Source: Paraspadella gotoi (taxonomy: Eukaryota > Animalia > Chaetognatha). Taken from it: a DNA stretch of 16,539 bases. The position numbers were made by a program, and so were the translations under genes. Location of the stretch: NCBI GenBank assembly GCA_051294375.1, contig JBJCIZ010000591.1, forward strand, positions 1 through 16,539, read 5' to 3'. Under the pieces are notes generated by a model. The model had not been told where the DNA came from. It did no database searches and was given only the letters and a program-made list of their open reading frames with translations. Positions 9,221 through 16,539 of this stretch are shown here, in pieces (positions within the stretch are counted from its first letter, which is position 1; each line of letters opens with the position of its first letter).

Positions 9221-10048
9221 AAATATAATTTTTAGCATAAGCCAAAATTGTATAAAATAGTATATCAATAGTTAGTACTTAAAATTTTTTATATTTATTT
9301 GATTTAAATTGAAGCTGCAATAATTGAGGTATCGTACAATTACCCGGGAGTAGGTCGCTGACTATAAACCATGAAAATAAAAAAAATTTGGTTTTTTTCC
9401 GCCCCCTTTTTCTCTATTCTGTTATCTGTCTCATATGTTTCCATTACCTAAAAAACGTATTTTTGATCCTCCGGTTAAAAAGAAGACATGATCAGATGAC
9501 GTTGCGAGATCAACTGGAACGAAAGCTTTTGTTTGAATTAGGACGCAAGTAAAGACCAACGGTAACACTAAATGAAACAGTACACAGTAATATAACAATA
9601 TCACTTCGCTAAAATCGTCTTTTAAAAATTTTAACGTCGACTTTTAGCGTACGTCTATGACTAGAAATTCATAAAAAAAGTTTCATAATCGTGGGCAGAT
9701 AATCATTTCGCCACCCTCCTTGATCGCGCTACCCGCGCCGCATCTCAGCCCCCGCGCAGACGCGCCGCCATTTCTTCACGTCGGTCGCGTCGGAACGAAA
9801 GAGCATCAACGGCCCCCGCGACGTCGTCCCTCGCGGCCGCCACGGCCGAGATCTCGAAACCTGAAGGAGCGAAATAGAAAATGTGGGGCGGACATCCAGG
9901 GCCGAGACTCAATTCGCGGACAACACCCTCCCTCTTCACTAGACACATTGAATCCGACAATGTTTAAATAAAACCAGTCTCGTGTCATTCTGTTCGTTTT
10001 TCCAAGTCTTTTAATAAAAAAGTTTATTTAAAAAAAATTTTTCGCGAG

Positions 10049-10239
10049 CCAGGGGTATTAAAGAGCAAAATATGGAATTTCACCTTTTATGAGTATTTTT
10101 TTAGCTTTTTTCAGTAATTTTTTAAATTAATTATCATTATCGAGTTAATTACTAATTATAATGCTTTAAATTATCATATTCAACTATTTTTAAAACATTC
10201 TTCACAGAAAATATGGTTTAACCAGGGGTGTTAAAGAGC
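10049..10239. repeat. 18-bp direct repeat pair 173 bp apart (CCAGGGGTRTTAAAGAGC), probably relic of a repeat-bearing element
   Basis: 10049-10066 vs 10222-10239, 17/18 identical, in otherwise very AT-rich DNA. Confidence 0.6.
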
Positions 10240-10640
10240 TAAATTTCTCAATTATTTTTTTTAATATTTCAATATATTAGAGAAAACAAAGTTTTAAATT
10301 GTGGTACAACGAATTTAAATTGGAGATACCTTACATAATAATTTTTTTTTTAAGATTACATATTTAATCATGATAATAAATATTTGAAAATTTTAAATGG
10401 ATTTTAAGTTAATTATATAGTTAATTAATTTTTTTATAATTAAAAACATTTAAAAACTATTGTGACCTATTTCTAAAAATTTTTTTTTTTTAAAGATTCA
10501 TTTTAAACAAAAGCAATTCATAAAATTTTTTAATCATATAAAATTTTAATACAAAAATATAATTATTTAATGATATCCATTATCCAGATTTTATGCGATA
10601 TCGATAGAAATCTGTAATTCTGAATGGAATTATGATCTTA

Positions 10641-10721
10641 TCGAAACCCCCCACATTAGCCTTTTGTCTCTCCAAAAGGCGGACACGCGCGTGACCAGAC
10701 ATGTGAAACAGAAACAAACAG

Positions 10722-10757
<36 letters not shown>

Positions 10758-10844
10758 GTTTCCGCCTCAGCGGCATGCAGAGCTGCTGCAGGGCCGTCCG
10801 ACGCTGGCATCACTCTGTCGAAGTGTTACGGGGGACGCGTCACT
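10641..10844. repeat. 3' (right) ITR of DIRS element; unique 3' extension at 10606-10640
   Basis: Reverse complement of 15324-15541 apart from mostly small indels. Confidence 0.93.
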
Positions 10845-10881
10845 AGTCCGAGAAACGCAACGAAGCGCTCATGAGACGTCC

Positions 10882-11760
10882 TCAGTAAACCGGAAAGAAA
10901 GTCTGATCTCCGGACCAGTCCCGGCCCTGAGAATGACGCCGAGATCGACGCCGCGGCGAAGGCTTCCGAGACGCCATGGCACGCGTAGATCTGAGTCGGA
11001 TCCCCTCCAAAAGAGCGGGGGCCTGAAAATCGCCCCGCAACCGTTGAGGCGAAGCGGAGTAAGGCGCGAAGGGGCGCAGAAAGGAAAACGTGAGACGCGC
11101 TAACATTCGCGGACTCGAAGCCACTCCTCAGGCCGCAATGGGGCAACGCGAAGAGCGGAAGGGCGTCCACGCTGAAGGACGGGCCATGTGCCCGACGCGA
11201 TCTGTCTTGGAGAGCTTGTACCGGCACGAAGCGTCATGATCCGTCGCGAGCGAGAATATAGTTCACACTTGAGAGAGACTAACTTCGACGGCCTCCTGGC
11301 TGAAGCGAGCGCCAAAAGAAAAAGAGAGAGAGCGCCGAAGGACGTGAGAGGAGACGGCGGGAGGGCGACGCTGTCCAAAACGCGTAGAACCGACCCGCTC
11401 CCACGAGGAAAAATCCGACGAGACGGAGGGCGCGCTCTAAGTCCCTTGAGAAGGCGTGGAAGAGGGGTTTCCCCAACCGAAACATCCCTGCACGGCAAAG
11501 TGGCCTAAATCCGAGCGGTGAAGGTTCACTGTGCTGTACGACAAGCCCAACCCCACAATGGGCAGGTACTCCAGAACATCCTTCAGAGACGCATCAAGTC
11601 TCGAACTTCCTTACAATGAAGGAAAGAGCAGAAGAGGTCCAGGCTCGAGCGAACGACTCGTGTCGAGCTCCATTTAAGATGATGTCGAAGGCCGAATCGC
11701 TGAGGCCGTCAGGTTGTTCGCCCGCCGAAAATCTGCCAAACGACCAGCTGAGGCGATCCC
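10882..11760 (-). pseudogene. Tyrosine recombinase of DIRS element (frameshifted; boundaries approximate)
   Basis: N-terminal GLSDSAFDIILNGAR; box I LFLLALASARRPSKLVSL; H-x-x-R region (CAT GGC GTC tCGG AAG, ~10978-10963); terminal WSGDQTFFPVY containing the candidate catalytic Tyr. Confidence 0.85.
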
Positions 11761-11819
11761 TTGCGGCGCGGGGATCCTGTGCTGAGATCGACGACGGCGT
11801 CCTCTGGAGCTGAAGCTGC

Positions 11820-12140
11820 CTTTCCAAAATCTTCAGGTTCAACAACGACGGGAACCACTTCTGGGCTGGCAAAAGGGGGCGACCAGAAGGAAGATCCCCG
11901 ATGACTCCTCCAGCTTCTGGATGACGCTCGGAAGCAGAGTGGGGGAGGAAAGAGAAGGCGATAAGCTATGTGGGCGAGGGCGTCCACACCCTCCGTTGGC
12001 GCCTCCGCCTTCCAAGAGAAGAAAGCGGCGCACTGCGTCGATCCTTCGTCGCAAAAAGATCGATGGAGGGAGTGCCGAAGGTCTCGCAGATCTGACGGAA
12101 GATCGTGGAAGGAGGTGCCAATCCGCAACTAGGCGTCCCT
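11820..12140 (-). pseudogene. DIRS N6-adenine methyltransferase-like (MT) domain (frameshifted; approximate)
   Basis: Fragments in order across frames: IFRQICETFGTPSIDLFAT, FFSWKAEAPTEGVDALAH, LLFPP, LLPSVIQKL...FLLVAPF, PAQKWFPSLL. Confidence 0.88.
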
Positions 12141-13361
12141 CGACGCCGCATCCGTCACTAGTTCTCCTCCGACGACAGGTGACTCCCGTGATGCGGATCC
12201 CCAGGCGTGAGCGATCAGTAGAGACTCTGACGACCTCGTGCAGCTCCGTCGAACGGCTGCACGTGCGCTGGAGACAGAGCAACGAAACCAAACTGTCGGC
12301 CTTCAAAGGAGATTCGTATTCTCAGAGAGCTGCCGAATCGAGAGAGGAGATCTTCAACACCATGAATTCTTCAACATTGATATGGTGATGGACATCAGCA
12401 GCCTCCCAGGTCCCTGGTGAAGCTCTCCCTGGAAAAGGATGCCCCACCCTCCTGCGAGGCGTCCGTCGTCACTACGTGGGCGCAATCCTCTGGAAGCAGA
12501 TCGTCCACCGGGCGACGCAGTCCTCCAGACGAAGCGACTGACACCACTCCAGCTCTCCGCGCTGAAACGACCAGCAGCGTCGGGCGATCGAGATCTCTCT
12601 CGAGCGGTAGACGCGGTGACGCTCCTTGAATCCGGGCGGATTGACAACGGAGAAGCGAAATGCAGCGTGGCTGTCGTGGCGTGTCGTGGAAAGAAAGGAC
12701 AGAATCGCGCTCGCGTGAGAGGGCGACAAAATGAGAGGTGCTAAACTCCGGATCGTAACTGGCGGCGCAAGCTGGATCTATGAGATGGCCGTCCCATGAA
12801 ACCGAGAAAAAACGAACGTGGCTGCCGAGGCGTGTCCGTGGAACTAAAGGATGGAACGCGCGGCGGAAAGGGCGACGTACGGGGATAACCTGCCTCAAGA
12901 GCAGCTGAACCGTTTCAACATAGCTTGAGCACACTCCTCCTCGACGGCCCAAGAAGAGGGAAGTCGTCGATATCGAAGGGAAAAAACGAAGGCCTTCTGT
13001 CTCAACCTTGAACTAGGAGCGTCGTCTCGTAAAGAGCCCCGGGTCCGTCGCCAAACCAAGGGAGGGGCTTCTACTGGCAAATCCGACCCTTCCAGATGAA
13101 TTGACGAAACTTTCGGAAGCTCCTCGTGAAAGGAAGGGGAAGGTAGGCCTCGCGCAGGGTCGATCGAAGGCTCAAACGCCCGTCGAAAAAACCTGATTTC
13201 CTTGACTCGTGCGGACTCATAGGGAGAGAAACGGGGGGCTTCAGGTGCAAAAAGGCTTCACCTTCTTCTTGGAACGAGAAAAACCTGGAGTAAAGATCGG
13301 AGAGGCTTCTACCTTCCGTCGCTCCTTTCACTAAGGGGCGGAAAAAACCGCCTGACTGCAT
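12141..13361 (-). pseudogene. DIRS reverse transcriptase and RNase H (frameshifted; approximate)
   Basis: LVKGATE..LYSRFF, LREAYLPLP..FRKFRQFIWKGRICQ, GLATDPGLFT, catalytic GAC GAC at 12968-12963 (IDDF); RNase H VTTDASQEG, HINVEEF, DSLVSLLCLQR. Confidence 0.88.
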
Positions 13362-13479
13362 CGTCCCTTTCGCCGAAAGATGGCGTTGCGTTGGAAGGCG
13401 ATGGAAACTGGGTAGGAGTCGGCGATGTTGAAGAGGGTGCAGCCAGAAGAGACGCGACTACAAAGGCGGAAAGCTCCGT

Positions 13480-15170
13480 CATTTCTGCGGGCTTGGCTCC
13501 CTGTCCTGGCCGTTTCCCGACTTATCGAGGGAACAAAGGGCTCCTGCCGCTCTTTTCACGGCTTGGAGCTGATCTTCGACGCTTAGAGAACTGCGGCGGT
13601 TATCAACAAAAGCGAGGGCGAAAGGCGGATCGGAAAAATAACGGGCGTTGACCGCTGAGGAACTTGATCCGAAAGAATATCGAAGACAAACTTTTTTTGG
13701 TGGCGCGGCATCCTGCAGCGTCCAGCGCAGGTCGATCGACGCTTCGACAAAACTGAACGTCGAACTCCAGAAGCGCCTTGTTAAACGCAGATGTCTGGAA
13801 AGACGCAAGTCGCAGAGGGGCGAAGCCATGCGCACCGCCACCTGCCCCGCTGAAAAGCCCGCCTATAGATGACCTCTGACCAAAGGCGTAGATCCTCGCC
13901 GGCAGACAGGAAACTGGTGTAGAGTAGCCGCTTCGGAAGGCGGGATCAAACACCCGTTCGTGATCTGGAATGTAGAAACGACGCCGGTGAGGCGTGGTCC
14001 ACCAATCGACGATGTGCGAGGTGCGGAGGTTGTGCGAGACTCCAGCTTCTCGCCAACTCCCCTACTCCGAACGTGACGAAGCGAACGCATTGCTTCGAAA
14101 CTCCATCAGACGGCGACGCCGCTCCTGGCGGCCGCTGCGGCGTAGAAAGGCCGATCGACGTCTGGGTCGGACCTCACCTCTCCATCTCCCGATGAGGGTT
14201 TGTCCAGTCCCGGAGCTGAGTGCGACGCCGTGTGCCGTCCAGGCGGTGAAGGCGACGCGTTGCGTCTAGAGGCCGAGGCAGGAGCCCGTGGGCGGGACTG
14301 CTCTCTGGAAGCGAAGGACTCGTCAAGGACCAGCGGCGAAGGGAAAGGCGAAGTGAAGTCGTCCGTTCGATAAGAATCACATGAACGTAAGCAAAAACGA
14401 GAATTAGATTACATATCAATCGAGGCAACCCCCCCCTTCTTTCTCTCTATCCACAAATATTCTGCAAAAAAGAAAATATTTGAAACTAAACACACACAGA
14501 AAAAAACCGGAAACCGAACCACACCGCGACCACACCCACCCGGAGGCGAAAGGGGCGGCGGCGGGAGAATGTGGGGGGGTTTCGATAAGAATCATAATTC
14601 CATTCAGAATTACAGATTTCTCTATTCGAAACCCCCCCAATTAGCCTCAGTAACGAGAAAAAACGCGGCGTGTGAACAAAAATATAAAAATAAAAACGAA
14701 AGAAAGAAAGAAAAGAGAAACAAAATTTGATGGAGGGGCAATAAAAAAATTTGCAAACGACTTCGAATAAAAGAACATCCCACATTAACGCTCACCGGCG
14801 GAAATCTTTCCATCTCCTGGCGAAGCGAATCCTGCATTTCCTTGAAAACCCGTTGAGGGCGTCTTCAAATACTTCCAGGCCTCCAGCCGTTGCGCTCGCC
14901 TCCAGGGCTGCGTGTAGGCTGTCCACCCCCAAACCGACACCACTGGTGCCGGGTTGCGGCGCCCCTGCGCGCGCGGCCCGAGGCGCCGTAACCGAGGTAA
15001 CGGAAGACAGCGCCTAAGCAGAGGAGGGGGTGGAGAGAAACACCGACCGGGCGCGAGGCATCTGGCGACGCAGTCGCGCCCACGTGAATCTCAGGGTCCT
15101 CAAACCCTTGGTCGAAACCGAAGATTTCGTCGAACTGCGATCGCGCGATCCTTCTGGAGATAATCGCGCG
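13480..15170 (-). pseudogene. Putative DIRS ORF1/gag, apparently split by an intron (~14795-14305); boundaries approximate
   Basis: Position between 5' ITR and RT; two GC-rich coding-like blocks (..RVFKEMQDSLRQEMERF; EQSRPRAPASASRR..SSGDGEVRSDPD) separated by a T-rich block with splice signals. No diagnostic motif and no clear start codon identified. Confidence 0.55.
14568..14646. promoter_or_regulatory. Internal complementary region (ICR) of DIRS element
   Basis: 14568-14621 is the reverse complement of ~10606-10657 and 14618-14646 is the reverse complement of ~15519-15549; the halves overlap on TTCT (14618-14621). Confidence 0.93.
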
Positions 15171-15323
15171 AATTCTTACGATCGTCGAATAAAACAAAAG
15201 AGACGAGCGTGAAAGTTCAAAATTCGATATGAAAAGCAATAATATCGAAGGAAAGTCCCGATAATAATCGAAAAAAGCGCTAAAATAAGCGAAAGCGACT
15301 GATCACATAGAGCGCGAAAAAGA

Positions 15324-15416
15324 AGTGGGACGCGTCCCCCGGCTCAGCAGCACTTCGACAGAGTGATGCAGCGTCGGGACGGGCCCTGCAGCAGCTCTGC
15401 TGCCGCTGAGGCCGGG

Positions 15417-15450
<34 letters not shown>

Positions 15451-15541
15451 CGTTTGACTTTTGTTTCTGTTTCACATGTCTGTCACAGCGCGGTGTCTCG
15501 CCTTTTGGAGAGACAAAAGGCTAATGTGGGGGGGGTTTCGA
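15324..15541. repeat. 5' (left) ITR of DIRS element; 8-nt unique end at 15542-15549
   Basis: Reverse complement of 10641-10844. Confidence 0.93.
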
Positions 15542-15816
15542 ATAGAGAATAATAATTTTGTTAATGAACTGAAACTAATGTTCTAGTTATAGCAATTTTA
15601 GCAAATTAGGTTAAGGGTTAGTGTTTAGTTTTAACGTTTGAGGTAATGTAATTCAGGTTGAATAAGTAATAGTGAGGTTGTTGTAGTTATACCCAACTGG
15701 AAAGTTACAGATGGTTTTATGGGCGATGATAGGTTCAAGGTTCATGCTTGCCTTGGACGCGAAGCGGAGGTTAGGGATAGGGGAGGGGACTTACGTGGAT
15801 GCTAGGATAGAAATGA

Positions 15817-15887
15817 TTATTTTTTTTTGTTTTTTTTTTTTTTTTTTCTTTTATTTTTTGTTTTTATTTTTTCTTTTTTTTTTTGAT

Positions 15888-15935
<48 letters not shown>

Positions 15936-16024
15936 TTTTTTTATTTTTTTTTTTTTTTTTTTTTTTTGTTTTTTTTTTTTTTTTTCTTTTTCTTTTTTTT
16001 TGTTTTTTTTTTTTTTCTTTGATT

Positions 16025-16060
<36 letters not shown>

Positions 16061-16354
16061 TTTTTTTTTTTTTTTTTTTATTATTTTTTTCTTTTTGTTG
16101 TAGTTTTTGTTTTTTTTTTTTTTTCTTTTTATTCAATTTATTTTTTTTTTTTTCTTTTTTGTGTGGTTTTTTTTTGTTTTTTTTCTTTTTTTTTTTTTGT
16201 TTTTTTTTTTTTGTTTTTTTTTTGTCTTTTTTTTCTTTTTTCTTTTTTTTTTTTTTTTTTTTTCTTTTTTTTTTTTTTTTTCTTTTTTTAGTTTTTTATT
16301 TTCTTTTTTTTTTTTTTTTTTTTATCCTTTTTTTTTTTTTTTTTCTTTTATTTT

Positions 16355-16392
<38 letters not shown>

Positions 16393-16470
16393 TTTTTTTT
16401 GTGTTTTTTTTTTTTTTTTTGTTTTTTTTTTTTTGTTTATTTTTTTTTTATTTGTTATATTTTAATTCAA
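15817..16470. repeat. T-rich low-complexity tract (~650 nt)
   Basis: Nearly pure T runs with scattered other bases; may be partly a base-calling or assembly artefact. Confidence 0.9.
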
Positions 16471-16539
16471 AATTTTAATTTAGACAAAACAATTTAGAAA
16501 AACTTTTTTTATTTTAAAAAAATTATTTGTTTAACATAT

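Larger units (their letters stand above)
10606..15549 (-). mobile_element. Full-length DIRS1-type tyrosine-recombinase retrotransposon (4944 bp)
   Basis: ~200-bp ITRs, a 35-nt 3' extension, an ICR reproducing the end-to-end junction, and gag-RT-RNaseH-MT-YR motifs in canonical order on the - strand; GC-rich against AT-rich flanks. Confidence 0.95.

Noticed and set aside
10846-15212. Many Arg/Ser-rich plus-strand ORFs
   Set aside because: Antisense shadows of GC-rich DIRS coding sequence; all recognisable motifs are on the - strand.
15605-15780. TTAGG/TTAGGG-like words suggesting telomeric repeats
   Set aside because: Only scattered single occurrences, no tandem array.
15711-16497. Poly-Phe and poly-Lys ORFs
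   Set aside because: Artefacts of the T-rich low-complexity tract.

Overview
Eukaryotic, AT-rich, probably animal genomic DNA made almost entirely of clustered mobile elements; no complete host gene is recognisable. From left to right: (1) a Gypsy-type LTR element (1-5476; last 27 nt of 5' LTR, tRNA-Lys PBS, gag with CCHC knuckle, aspartic protease plus a hydrophobic C-terminal extension, PPT, 1130-bp 3' LTR) with no detectable RT/RNase H/integrase; (2) a HINE/DINE-1-like non-autonomous Helentron with a central ~22-bp tandem array (~6076-6888, - strand); (3) a 643-bp TRIM whose LTRs carry a tRNA-Gly-like Pol III module (7784-8426, - strand) and a solo LTR of the same family (9017-9220); (4) an unexplained GC-rich island (~9690-9960); (5) a full-length 4.9-kb DIRS1-type tyrosine-recombinase retrotransposon (10606-15549, - strand; gag, RT, RNase H, adenine-MTase-like, YR, ITRs); (6) a ~650-nt T-rich low-complexity tail. 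Most striking: the DIRS internal complementary region (ICR) is not next to the 3' ITR as in canonical DIRS1, but lies 5' of pol inside what looks like a spliceosomal intron of gag. Many frameshifts look like single-base indels and may be sequencing or polishing errors.
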